This document shows, piece by piece, positions 1 to 13,516 of a stretch of 64,000 nucleotides of DNA. The position numbers and the translations under genes were made by a program. The DNA is from the human T2T-CHM13v2.0 reference genome, Homo sapiens. Under the pieces are notes generated by a model, which saw only the letters and a list, made by a program, of their open reading frames with translations, did not search any database and was not told the DNA's origin. Numbering within the stretch: position 1 is the stretch's first letter; each line of letters starts with the position of its first letter. The DNA lies in NCBI RefSeq assembly GCF_009914755.1, contig NC_060936.1; one strand, 5' to 3'.

Positions 1-720
1 AGAGTCACTCATGCTTCTTACAGTAATGTTATTTAGGTGCTTCCAAGACAGCCATGCCTTGGTCACTCTTCATGGAATTAGAAGACAGGAGCCTGCCAAT
101 TACAGAAAGTTTACTTTTGGCAAAAGAAAGTCTATTTTTGTCTTTCCTCTTTCAGTGTTTCTCAGTGTTGACATTTGTTCACCCTAAATACATGTAATAT
201 GTAGGCAATTTAGCTCATTTTCATCACTGTCTCATGATTTAAAATGTCTTCCTTGACTGACCAAGCTTAAAAGGGAGAGGCGTAGCAATGCTGTTTGTGT
301 TTGGTTTGTTTTTAAATCTTAGAAGTAGAACCCTTAGAAAGTTAATGGGTGCTAAACAGACTGGCTCAGTCCTCCACCTTCATATGTCCATATTGTTTCT
401 GTAAACTAAAAGTAAATCCTAAGCCCCCAAACTAACCAAGAGGTCTTGGCCAAGAGGACCCCAGAGAAATCTGAAAAACATAGTCCTGTATCATGATGTG
501 ATGGAAGGTTGGACACACTTCTCTATATCCCGTTTTGGAGTTTAGGCAAAACTGACTAGTGTTAATGTTAAATTAGAGATTATATGACCGAAAAAACAGA
601 CTGTTTGTGGCAATAAGATACCAAATTATAAACAAGACATAAGGCCATTCAAAGTAAGAGTTAATTTGTGCCTGCAGACCATCAGCCTTGCTATACATCA
701 TTTTTATCTTAGAACATTTC

Positions 721-988
721 CACTTTGGGAGGCCACGGCAGTGGATGGGTTGAGCCCAGGAGTTTGAGACCATTGTGAGCAACACAGTACAAGACGAAAA
801 ATACAAAAATTAGCTTGGCATGGTGGCACAGGCCTGTAGTCCTATAGCTACTTGGGAGGCGTAGGTGGGAGGATTACTTGAGCCCAGGAGGTCGAGTCCG
901 CAATGAACTGTGATTACACCACTACACTCCAGCCTGAGCGACAGAGCCAGAGCTTGTCTTAAAGACAAAACAAACAACAACAAAAAAA
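721..988 (+). mobile_element. AluJ, 5'-truncated
   Basis: CACTTTGGGAGGC; GAGCCCAGGAG in both arms; A-rich linker and tail. Confidence 0.9.
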
Positions 989-1206
989 CACTTTTTCTTT
1001 TCAGACCTCTCTTTCTAAACAAAGCCTTACTCCTTTGACCCATTGCAAATTGAAGAATCTCTAAATCCACCTACAACCTGTAACCACTCCCCACTTCAAA
1101 CTGTCCCACCTTTTGGGGCTGAACAAATGTGTGTCTTCCAGGTATTGATTTATGTCTTTGCCTGTATCTCCTGCCTCCTTGAAATGTAAAAAATATACTG
1201 TAATCC

Positions 1207-1513
1207 AGTCATGGCATGGTGGCTCACACCTGTAATCCCAGCACTTTGGGAGTCTGAGGCGGGAAGATCACCTGAGGTCAGGAGTTTGATACCAGCCTGG
1301 CCAACACTTCTCTACTAAAAATACAAAAATTAGCCAGGGGTGGTGGCACGCGCCTATAATCTCAGCTACTTGGAAGGCTGAGGATGAGGGATGAGATTAG
1401 CTTGAACCCAGGAGGCAGTGGTTGCAGCGAGCCGAGATTGTGCCACTACACTCTAGCCTGGGTGACAGAGCAAGACTCCATTAAAAAACAAACAACCAAA
1501 AATAAAAACAAAA
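1207..1513 (+). mobile_element. AluS
   Basis: GGTGGCTCACACCTGTAATCCCAGC...CACCTGAGGTCAGGAG; ACTGTAAT on both flanks (TSD); small internal indels. Confidence 0.92.
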
Positions 1514-2714
1514 CTGTAATGTGACTGCCTCCGTTGAGATTGTGATGCCTGGGGCCATGGTCACTCATACCAGCTCAGAGTAAACCTCTTTAAAATATTT
1601 TACAGAGTTTGTTTTTCTTTCATATTTTCATTCTCAGAGGATCCCCAGGAACCTGTGTCAGTAATTCCCTGAAGCCTGTTCTGAAGTTTTATGGAATCAC
1701 CCCTATTGGTTCCATAGGAGAATGACGCAAGGGCGACTACATAAAACAGAGATAGAGTCTTCTCTCTACCTGGGATGCAGCCCCACACCCATCAAAGCTC
1801 CCCTTGGGGAACGAAGCCAAGCAAATAAGAACAACCTTCTTTGTGAGTTTAGATGAATGACATGAGTCAGTCTCTTTATGCCTGGCTAAAACCAGAGAGT
1901 CATTTACTTGTTTAGAGCAGTAGAAACAAAGGCAATTTTGAGCTACCAGAGTGTGAGATTTTGACTTCCTATTGACACTGATCTCTTCCCAAGTTGCATC
2001 CCCATGCTCCTGTGAAGATGCTTAGATTGATCTCTGAGAGGAAGGCACAGCAGGTCCTTCATTTCATTTTCGCAGAGCAAATTGTCGGCACTGTTGTGAG
2101 TAGATGAGGTGGTAAGAGTGAGCTTGGCTCTCATTCCCATGGGCTATGTTTTCGTGTGACTATAGAGGCTGGATGTGTGCAGTCGCCCTTTCTGGAACGT
2201 AAACCTACCCAGGGGTGGTCAATTCCTCAAGTGCAATAAACTCAGAGTGATCTGACACAGGGTTGTTAGAGTTCTAATTAAGAAAAAGTATAAAGTGGAG
2301 AAACTTGGAAAACTGAATGTTTGAAACTAGCTAGATACGTGTTGGTTTCACTGAATTTTCCTTTGCTCTTTTTTTTTGGAGAAATTTAGATCTTTGAAGC
2401 AAAGCAGAAGAAGAGAAAATGGCTGTCATGGAGATGCAAAAATAAGAGAGAAGTTCAAAATAAAGTGATGGGGAAAGGGTCAATTTCTGCAGCACAATGG
2501 CCAGGATTATCACTGAGAGGAGGCAGTGAGGGTGGATGGGAAGGTCTCTCCTTTCGACCTCTCTATTACACAGACAGCATCCAGAGGGACAGTCAGTAAG
2601 GAAAGGTGAAAAGCTAAGAGATAGACTATTGGGCTAGGTACAATGATCTCTGCAACTGAAGGTTAGGAACATGATTTCACCAACACTCTTATGAGGACTA
2701 GAACAAGTAAATGA

Positions 2715-3205
2715 GGTACCACCACTTTGGAAAACTCTGTGGCACTATTAACTAATGGCAAAGCAATATTATCTAACACCTGCAGTTAGTATCTATTCAT
2801 CAGTACTACTCCTGGTTATCTGCCAAGGAAAATGGGTGCATATGCCCATCAAAACGCGTGCACAAAACATGTTTCTAGCAGCCATATTCATAACACCTAA
2901 ACCTAGAAATAATCTAAATCACCACTTAAAGTTGAATGGATAAAAAATATTGTGGTGTATTTATATGGAATACCATGCTGGAATTAAAAGTAAAAAGTAA
3001 AAAATGTGTCATTGATATACACATAGCAACTTGGATGGATCACACAGAAATAATGTACAAAAGATGTCACCCAAAGGCCAGGATTTGTATTATTTCATTA
3101 ATAAGAGATTTAAGAACAGATAACAATCAAAAACATGGCAATAGAAGTGAATGCTGAGAACATAGAGTGCTGAGTATTTAAAAGGGCAATAAGGAGCCTT
3201 CTGGG
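2715..3205 (+). mobile_element. Old L1 (L1M-type) 3' fragment
   Basis: ACCACTTTGGAAAAC, AATGGATAAAAAATATTGTGG and GCAACTTGGATGGATC are typical of L1M 3' ends. Confidence 0.65.
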
Positions 3206-3625
3206 GTGTTTGTGTGTGGGTGTGTATATATATGTATGTGTGTGTATATATGTATGTATATGTATATATTTGTATGTATGCATGTGTGTATATGTATATA
3301 TGTGTATATATGTGTGTATGTGCACATAAGTATGTATGTGTGTGAGTATATGCATGTGCGTATGTGTATGCATGTGTATATATGCATGTATATATGTATG
3401 TGTATGTGTATGTATGTGTATATATGTATGTACATATATGTGCATGTGTGTATTATACGTGTGTGTGCATGTGTGCATGTATATGTGTATATATGTAAAT
3501 ATGCACATATGCATATGTGTATTATGTATACGTACATGTATATATTTATACATAAGTATATATAAATATGTACATGTATATGTTTATACATAAGTATATA
3601 TAAATATATACATAATATATACAAG
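3206..3625. repeat. Degenerate (TG/TA)n alternating purine-pyrimidine tract, ~420 bp
   Basis: Directly visible TGTA/TGTG/TGCA/TATA mosaic. Confidence 0.95.
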
Positions 3626-3744
3626 TATATTTAGAAATACACTTGAGATTCCACCATACATATATTATACATTTATACATTAATAACTTTGTTAAATAGT
3701 GAATTTTCTTTTGAATTAGAAAAACAAGCAATAATAAAAATACA

Positions 3745-3955
3745 TCATAGCTAAGAATTATTGATCCCTTATGATGTCAGGCATTTTATATTTATTTGCT
3801 CATTTTCTCCTAACAATAAACTTATAATGTACTGAATTTTAATCCCTATTGTATAATGAGGAGACCATGGCTCATGAAGGCTAGTAAAATAGTAAAAAAT
3901 TTGTCCAAGACTCATCCACAGCAGATGAAGTAGCGATGTCAACACTTGAGCTAGC
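3745..3955 (-). mobile_element. MIR
   Basis: ATGAGGAGACCATGGCTCA...TTGTCCAAGACTCA matches the reverse complement of the MIR core. Confidence 0.55.
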
Positions 3956-6623
3956 ACTTCACAGCAGAGTCTGAGAAAGAAAGAGACTGAAGCAGAGGGA
4001 ATACTAAGAAGGATATTATATACAGGAAAAAAGAAGAAAAGGAAAGTGGAAGGAGTGTGTCAACTCTGCCCCCGTGTTTGCAAATCTCTTCCAAGGTGCT
4101 TTAAAAATCCCGTTCTAGGATGGCCAGCCATCCAGGTGTGGCATTGAAAGTTCTGCACCCTTGGAAATCCTCCTCAGGCTGTGAACAGTCCTGAATTTTA
4201 GCAATGGGTGTAAAAGACTTTAGAGGACAGTATAAGACTCATATGGTAGCCTCCAAACGGGTGCTGAACAATGCTGTTTTGAGAGTCAAAGGGTCCCAGC
4301 ATGGCTTATCTACCTCTGCCGTGGCTGTCTCTCTTCTTTCCCCGACCACCTTGGATGCTGGCAACCATCATCTGAGGTTCAGACTAAGGGATCATTCATT
4401 ATTCCATTTCCCTCTCTCCCTGTGATGCAACTTTAGTGCACCGAAGTCATCAGCCCTAATGGTTCTCTGTAACTTTACCTGTGGATTAACTACTGTGCTT
4501 TTTATAGAAATAGAGCTTACTTATTTTTTTAACATTGTGACTATTGTGCCCATGTTTTGTAAAAGTTCAGACCATAAAAATGAGAATGAGTGTGATACTA
4601 ATGCCATCATGGCCCAGCCATAACTGAAAAAATAATGTTTTAAAAAGGTGCTATTTCAATGGTACACACATAAAAATAGATAGGAAGGTTAAGTCACCAA
4701 AACAAAGCATCCTGTACGTTATGCAGAGAAGGATTGGATATGGGCATTGTAGAAAAGAGGACGTGATCCCATATATGGAGACTAAATCTCACAAGTCTTG
4801 GATGGGACAGGCAAGCACTTGTAAATCAATCACATTTTCTCATCTCCTCAAAAGACACCAGTGCCCAATTGAAGATAGTGGCTACTGAATAAGCCCGGAA
4901 GATGTCGCAAATGAACATACCTGGTTGTATGGTTCCCTTACCCTGTCTAAGAAACTGACTAATGTTCCATATCTCAATCCAACGGTTGAGACTAAAATGG
5001 CTTATGGGCAAACAAACAGGGGATTCTGATGGCAGACGTATGAGCCGTCACCTATAGAGCTGATTCTGTCAGCTCTTATCAAGGGTCATGCTTTCTAAGC
5101 TACGTCAAGAGATGTGGCCAATCCCAAAGGCAAAAAAACTGTTCCCCTTAGCTCTTAGGTATATTGCTTTGAACAATGGAAGCTCAGATGTCTCTTTGAT
5201 TCCACAAAGATTTTTTAAAAACTGTGAAAGATATTAAATATATGTATTACATACATACATACACACATGCATTATGTTCAGATGCAAACTAGAATTTCCT
5301 AACTTAACTACATATTTGGGCAAGAGTGCAAATGTAAATCTTGGCAAATCCCATTCTATCTATAAACTCTCCCCCAAAATAAAAAATTTTATGCTAAATA
5401 TCCAGTATGTTCCATGCACACTGATACGTAGGGATGTGTTTTGCCTACCTATAATATGAGGTTTTCAAAATGTAAGTGTCAGTCTATTTTTCTGTTTCTT
5501 TAAAATGTGCTGAAGCACTTAGGGAATTTATTTTACTTTATAGAAACAGACACGGCCTTCTTAGATATTTACCTACAAGATGGCTATTAGGTTTGCTCTA
5601 GAAAAGATGTTAAAATTTTGGCTTGCCATGAAATAATATTTTCAAACTGTAGGAGAAAAAGTATGTTTTTCTATAATGTGGAAATACATAGGGATGAGAA
5701 CAGAGAGAACTAGCATATTTAAACAAATCTATATGTTGTTTCTCTAAAGGTGTTTGATGTGATTTAAGAAAGCCATAGAAGAAAATGAATTGATCCACCT
5801 GAAATATTTTCGTTATATGTGTAGCTTGCAATAAAATCTCATACAGTGAAATAAATGTCACCTATTTTTGGAAATAAGCATGATTCAGAGCTACAAATTA
5901 AATAGGAGAGCAAAGCATAAAAGATCATCTGTAGTATACTACCATCATGTGAGAAGTGGATATAAGAAAATATGCATGAATGTAGTCATTTGTACAAAAG
6001 AACTACAGGAAGGAACAACTCGAAATAAATGAGGTTGCCTGCAGGGTGAGGGTAGAAAGAGAACGTGATGAATCGAGGATGAGGATGAGATTGCAGGTAT
6101 CAGGAGGAGTGGCATTCCTCTGAGTACACTGTTTTTTAATTGCTGCCTTGTGGAATCATGGTAATGTTTTACATACTTCCTAAATAAATAAATAAAATCA
6201 ACCAAAATGCGTGTGGTGGGTGGGGGAGGTCAGAAAGAAAGGAATGCAAACAGTACATAGAGACATCCATATTACAAATGAAAAACATCAACCTACTGAG
6301 AGTGAGAACGCAAAGAACTAACTTAAGCAAGTCTGGAAAACAGCATTTTGGCAGTACGCTAAAAGGCTGAAGACTAAAAGAACTGTACACTGATGTTTTC
6401 ATATAGTAGCACATTTGTTTCTCACAAAGTTATAAGTTAGCAATTCTGAAAACTACTTTCTATGAATTCTGAAACTACTTTGTATGTATACTAGGATTGA
6501 ACACACATGTAAAATATATGGTAGAGCCAGGTTTCTCAACAATGGAGGAAAACTACACATATGGAAGTGGAGAAGGCTAGAGTGAACCCAGGCATGTTAG
6601 ATCAGAATGTGAAGTATTAGAGA

Positions 6624-6853
6624 AATTGCCCCTTGAACAACATGGGTTTGACCTGTGTGGGTTCACTTATATGCAGAATTTTTTCAACCAAAGATAAAAA
6701 CAACATTCATGGGATGTGAAACTGAGGTATACGGAGGGCTGACATTTCCTATATGTATGCTTCATGGAGCCAATTGCAGGACTTGAGTATGTGAAAATTT
6801 AGTATATACAGCAGTCTTGGATCCAATTCCTCACCTACACCTAGAGGCAATTG
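6624..6853 (-). mobile_element. MER8 (TcMar-Tigger non-autonomous DNA transposon)
   Basis: CCCTTGAACAACATGGGTTTGA...CACTTATATGCAGA...GGACTTGAGTATG; ~230 bp with degenerate TIRs; TA after the right end. Confidence 0.8.
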
Positions 6854-7544
6854 TATTAATTCACACCCATACACACAAACACACACCCATGTGCAGATGA
6901 ATAGATACATAAATAAAGATGCATGTACACACAACTTAATACACACACATATATTCTCTAGCTCTGTCTTTTAAAAGGGCCTAAGCAATGGCACCCCAGT
7001 AACAATGAGACCTCCTGTTTCCCAGATCTTGGTCTCTAATACCATATTCCAATAACATAAATCAGAGTTTCCTGGGGAAAAAAAAGGTGATTATTGGGCT
7101 GAGACAGAGGAATTACTGGATAAGCCTAGAGCATCTTATGGTGCTCAAAAATAAGAAAAAACTCAACCGTGATGAAGGCCTATTGAAAGGTCATAGAAAC
7201 CAAATTGGAGGAGATCAAGATATTTGAAGCTGGAACAATTTGAACAACAAAGTGTGGTAGTATTGAATAACTCAAGAGAAAATATGATATTGATGTTAAT
7301 CAATAAATCAATAGTGGAGAAAATATAGCTTTTTAAGGAGTAGAATCACCATGAAAATGCAGAAAAAATATGTGAAATAGGAAATCATCTTGAGACCAAT
7401 TCTACAGTAATAAAATTATTGGCTAATGTCAGTATACTTTTGACTTTTAAAGTCAGAAGTTTTAAGAGAAACGTAGTATTTGCCAAGGGTCAAAGTATCT
7501 GTCTACAGACACTTACTCATTACAAAGAGAGGCCAGTAATTTCA

Positions 7545-7917
<373 letters not shown>

Positions 7918-9629
7918 TCAATGCCCCTGCACCACCTGGTATGATGCACTCAGAATGGCACAGCCTCTGTTATGTGGATTTATATCAAAATAAACAGGAC
8001 ATGGGAAAAATGCAAATTGAGGGCCATTCTTCAAAACAATTGACCAGTATTCTTCAATAGTGGAAGGTCATGAAAGATAAAGCAGTGTGTGGAACGATCA
8101 CAGATTGGATGAGACTAGGGAAATATCATAAACTTAGTCCAAAATGGATCCTGAACCAGAAAAAAAAAGCTGGTGTGGGAGGGAAAGTAAACTTGTGAAA
8201 TTTTGATAAAGTTTGCTGATATAATAGTATTGCATCAATGTAAATTTCCTGATCCTAAGCATCGAATATGGTTATGTAAGTAACATCAGGAGAAATTGGA
8301 TGAAGAATATTTTGGAACTCTCTGTACTAATTTTTAGGCTGTTCTGGGAGTCTGAAATTATTTAAAAAGTGATTTATGCTATTTGGTACGAGCTATTCCA
8401 AAGATTCAATGCTCTTTAAAGTTGATGTATCTCTGGGTCCGGAATGATTCAGTGGCTGGGTTTGAGTTACATTTTACCTGAATTTGCAAGAGCTATAGGA
8501 TTTTTAACACAGAATATGAAATGGGGTATGAATTTATGTTTTTGTTGCTATGGTGATTTACATTGTTACTATTTTAATACCCTCATCAAATGCAGGCGTT
8601 CCGTGGCAATATGGCACCTCTACATAATTTAATACCAAATCATGCATAACGAAGTGCGGCACCATTTGCAAGATAAAATGAGGAAATTAAAAGCAAATAG
8701 AAGTATATTACCCAAGTCCAAAACCTATAAATAATTGAACAGTAAGTGTGAACACTCTATAAAGGAGATTTATTGATAGGAATTGATATGTATAATAAAT
8801 AGTGCAAAACTTTTATTACTAATAAAGGAAATACCTTTGAACATCCACTTTTCAAAATCTCTAACTCTCTACTAGAAAGAAAGTAAACACATTTTGGTTA
8901 ATTTTCAGGACATGTGGCAGGGAGAGGTTTTACACAGAGTTTAGTGATGAATTTTTAATCATTGACTACTGGGGTATTAGCTTTTGTGAAGAATATTGTC
9001 ATATAAACATTATCATTTACTGCAGACTGAATCTGTATCCCAAAAATTTCCAACCAGTTAAATCAGATGACTGATGTGCATTCCTGTAATTTTCTTATTT
9101 TACTTACTTTTTACTTAATTCAAATGTCTATCATTAAGAAAACTGCATCAACATTTTTCTCTGTTGTTTCATTAACACAGAGAATCATGTGGAAGTTGCT
9201 TTGCTGTTATTAATGGGGAATTTCTACTGCTATTGGTGCTTTTCTGGATCGTGGTAGCTGCACTGATGTAACCAAGGAAGCTTGTTTCCCCGGAGGCGAA
9301 TTTGAGGGGGAAATGTGGCCTGGAATGAATTTCAGAATTAGAACAGAAACCAGTTCTTTATCATTCCATGAACAAGTGCTTTTCCAAATAGCACGTCACA
9401 AGCCACATTCATATATCGGGCTCTCAGTCAGCTCCTGAATGCAAGTATTTCCTATGAGAAGAAAGTTGTCAAGGGTAACAAACTTTCCATATGCAGACAT
9501 TTTGAAGTAGGATTTTCTAATTGCCCTGTGGTACTGTGAGAATTGTCACTGTTGGCATGCAAATTAAAGTAGGAGTGAATTCCAATATTAATTCATCAAG
9601 CCATTGTGAAATTGTTACTATATACAAGG

Positions 9630-9820
9630 CTGTAAACGTGATGATTTTGGATAAGCTCTTAATCTCTCTCTACCTCATTTTTCTTAGATATGAAATGATA
9701 ATAGTAATACCCACCTTAATATAAGTTAACTGCTTATAACAGTTCCTGGCACTGGAGCTTCATGCATGGTGGGTTGCCATGAAGCAATAGAACATTAACG
9801 CAATTATTAACTATTATTGT
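9630..9820 (+). mobile_element. MIR
   Basis: TTGGATAAGCTCTTAATCTCTCT...CCTCATTTTTCTT...ATAATAGTAATACCCACC...CCTGGCAC. Confidence 0.55.
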
Positions 9821-9879
9821 CGTGATGATGATGATGATGATGATGATTGTATACTCCCCTCCCTTTTCTATGTGGATGA

Positions 9880-10375
9880 AATTTGTTACCATATTTAACA
9901 AAAGGGAGATTATCTGGGTGGTCTAATCTAATTGCACGAGCCCTTAAAAAGCAGAGAGTTTTCTCTAGCTGAGAGCAGAAGAGGAAGTCAGTGACTCCAA
10001 GCCCATGGGGGATTTGATGTGCCCATTGTTGTTCTGAAGACCAAGAGGGGCCAAAGAATGTGAGCAGCCTTTAGAAATTGAGAGTGGTCCCTGGCTGATG
10101 GCCAAGAAAGAGACAGGGACCTTGGTCCTGCGTTTTCAAGGACAGGATTTTAACCAAGAGCCTGAATGTGATTGCAAGCATATTCATCCCCAGTGCCTCC
10201 AGAACAGAGCCCAAGTAACTGATCAGCATTTTGCTTTTGGCCTTTTGATTCCCTGAGACAGATCCAGTGGAGCCCCCTTTAGACTTGTAACCTACAGCAC
10301 TGTGTGATCATAAATGTTTTCTAAACTACTGAATTTGTGCGAATTTGCTAGGTATCAATTAGAAAAATTATGCAG
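9880..10375 (+). mobile_element. MLT1 (MLT1D/E-like) MaLR LTR
   Basis: GGGAGATTATCTGGGTGG...GAGCCCTTAAAAAGCAGAG...CCTACAGCACTGTG...TAGAAAAATTATGCA. Confidence 0.75.
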
Positions 10376-10409
10376 TAATGATGCTATACGCCACTTCAGG
10401 AGGGATTGA

Positions 10410-10660
10410 AATGATAGTTTATCATTGCTAACACATATTGAACATGTACATCTACCAGACACTGTGATAAGTGTTTTGCTTGAATTGTTTTATTTAATCT
10501 CTCCACAATGGCATAGGGTGGGTACTCTTACGAATACCATTTGAGGTAAGTGAGGCAAACAGATAGGTTGGGTCACATGAGGAAGGTCATGTAACTAGCA
10601 GGAAGCTGAGCAGGAATGTGAATTCAACAGTGCCTGGTCCGGGGCACACATTCTCAATCA
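10410..10660 (-). mobile_element. MIR
   Basis: ATTTAATCTCTCCACAA...GTCATGTAACTAGCAGG matches the reverse MIR core. Confidence 0.55.
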
Positions 10661-10853
10661 CTGGGCAATATGGACCCGTCTTTGTCTTTATTGGAATTTG
10701 AAGTCCGTGAGGCCAAACATGACAAGCGTTATGTGGGGCATACAGGCAAAGTGAGGCAAGAATTCAGAGAGGTCTTGGGCTTTTCATGGGGCACTAATAG
10801 GAAGATGCTGTTATTTTTGGAAAATGTTTATAAGGCAGTATATTTCAAACTGC

Positions 10854-11152
<299 letters not shown>

Positions 11153-11789
11153 TCAAATTGCATTTTAAAGACTGCAAGCAAAAATTGCTTTATTTGGGAG
11201 TTTCCATTATGATGACACAGCAAAAATCTCAGTGTATCCCCTACAGTCTGGTTCAACACCATCCATCTGACTGAGTCCAGCCCATTTTAGCATGGGACAT
11301 TGAGTATGTTTTCATAACTGTTATCAAGAAGTATTTTTATATGCTTCACACTAATTAAAAGATGATAAAGTTTGATATGAGAAATTAAATGACATGTTTG
11401 TGCTGGGTAATATTCCAGTGGCCTCTTGGCACATAATATGGTTAATATTTCGTTGTGTTAAATTAGAGAAGGGGTGTAAGAGAGTTGAGTCACTAAAGCA
11501 TGCCCAGGGCTCTAGACTAGCTGAACTAAATATAGCAAACAAGCAGCATAATGGCCTCGACCACAATCATATTGCAAGCAGTGGACAAGTTTCAGAAAAA
11601 GCAATACTATTATCACGTTTAAATTGAACTGAAATTGGTGTGCAGTTTTGTTTTGCATTTAATGTTTAAATAGATCTTAGTTGTATACTTCTGTAAGGGC
11701 AATAAACATAAGATATCTATTCCCAATGTTATGGGTATAAAGATTAGGTAATATAATAATAATTTCAAGGCACAATTAGGGTGTGTACA

Positions 11790-12540
11790 ATTTTTTATTT
11801 TTATAAATTCATGGGGTACATGTGCAATGTTGTTACATGCATAGATTTCATAGTGGTCAAGTCAGGGGATTAAGGCATCCATCACTCAAATAACACACAT
11901 TGTACCCACTGAGCAAGTTCTCATTATCTTCCCTCCTCCCACCCCCTCATCCTTTCTAGTTTCCATTTTCCATCATTCTTTACATCCAACTGTGCACATT
12001 TTTTAGCACCCATTTATGAGTGAGAAGCTGCAATATTTGACATTCTGTTTCTGGCTTGTTTCAGTTAAGATAATGACCTCCAGTTCCATCCATCTTGCTG
12101 TAAAAGACATAATTTAATAACATTCCATTGTGTGTATATGCTTCATTTTCTTTATCCATTTTCCCTCGGATGGACACTTAGGTTGATTCTGTATCTTTGT
12201 CATTGTGAATAGTTTTGCAACAAATATATGTGTGCAGGTATCTTTTTGATATAATGATGTATAATTTGATATAATGATTTATTTTCCTTTGGGTAGATAC
12301 CTAGTAGTGGGATTGCTGGATGGAATGGTAGTTCTATTTTTAGTTCTTTGAAAAATGTTCATACTGTTTTTTGTGGAGTTTGTACTAATTTACACTCCGA
12401 CCAACAGTGTACAAGGATTCCCTTTTGTCTGCATCTTCATCAATATCTGTTATTTTCTGTCTTTTTAATAATAATCATCAGGGAAATGCAAATGAAAACA
12501 AAAAATGAGATATCATCTTATTACCTTTGTCAAAATGGCT
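11790..12540 (-). mobile_element. L1 (L1MA/PB-like) 3' end with short 5'-inverted segment
   Basis: Antisense L1 3' UTR and ORF2 end at 11790-12473 (GGGTACATGTGCA, GTAGATACCTAGTAGTGGGATTGCTGG), then a sense piece ATCATCAGGGAAATGCAAAT...AAAATGGCT at 12474-12540. Confidence 0.8.
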
Positions 12541-12955
12541 ACAAGAATTTTTTTAAAGGGAGTACTGATGCATTTAAAAGAAGGTTGAAGTAAACGGCTT
12601 TAGACACAGGTCAATGAAATCAGGTGCTTCTGAGCAGGGCCAGGACTGTGCCCATTTCTCATCTTGTCTCCTTCACTAGAAATACGCTTTCATCCTGCTT
12701 GATCAGTGGCCTGGGCTTGCCACAGATAAAACTGAAGTGATGTTAGGTTAGCAGCCAATTGAATGTAGGGCCCTCCAGGATAGACTACAGAGTGGGAGGC
12801 AGGAGAGGGGAATGGAAGTGGGTAGAATAGGGAGCTTAGAATAAGGTGGCCTGATGAGTCACACCTGCAACCGACAAGTATCTTCACAGCAGTTCCCAAG
12901 ACTTCCTGCAAGCTAAAATCACCCAGAAAGATTAAAGCAATCCCATAACCAAAGT

Positions 12956-13516
12956 TGTATCAGTCAGGGTTCTCTAGAGGGAAAGAACTAATAAGATAGA
13001 TAGATGTACATATGAAAAAAAGTTTATTAAGGAAAATTGACTCATGCAATCGCAAGGTGAAATCCCACCACAGGCCATCTGTAAGTTAAGGAGCAAGGAA
13101 GCCAGTAGTGGATCAGTCCGAGTCCCAAACCTCAAAAGTAGGGAAGCCGACAGTGCAGCCTTCAGTCTTGGCTGAAGGCCCCAGAGCCCTGGCAAACCAC
13201 TAATATAAGTCCAAGAGCCTAAAAGCCAAAGAACTTGGATTCTGATGTTTGAGGGCAGGGAGCATCCAGCACAGGAGAAAGATGAAGGCCGGAAGATTCA
13301 GCAAGTCAAGTCCTTTCAGCTTCTTCCGCCTGCTGTATTCTAGCTGCAGTGGCAGCTGATTGAATAGTGCCCACCCAGATTGAGGGTGGGTCTGCCTCTT
13401 CTAGTCCACTCACTCAAATGTTAATCTCCTTTGGCAACACCCTCACAGATACACCCAGGAACAATACTTCATATCCTTTAATCCAATCAAGTTGACATTC
13501 AGTATTAACCATCACA
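12956..13516 (-). mobile_element. MLT2A (MLT2A1/A2) HERV-L LTR
   Basis: Minus strand begins TGTGATGGTTAATACTGAATGTCAACTTGATTGGATT and ends CCCTGACTGATACA, the recalled MLT2A termini. Confidence 0.9.

Larger units (their letters stand above)
400..1622 (+). mobile_element. MER4-group ERV1 solo LTR (MER4B/D/E-like), interrupted by two Alus
   Basis: Starts TGTAAACTAAAAGTAAATCCTAAGCCCCC and ends GGCCATGGTCACTCATA...AAATATTTTACAGAGTTTG, resembling the recalled MER4-family LTR termini. Confidence 0.7.

Noticed and set aside
3110-3624. Overlapping 85-148 aa ORFs rich in H/T/Y/I or C/V/M
   Set aside because: They are translations of the (TG/TA)n tract, not genes
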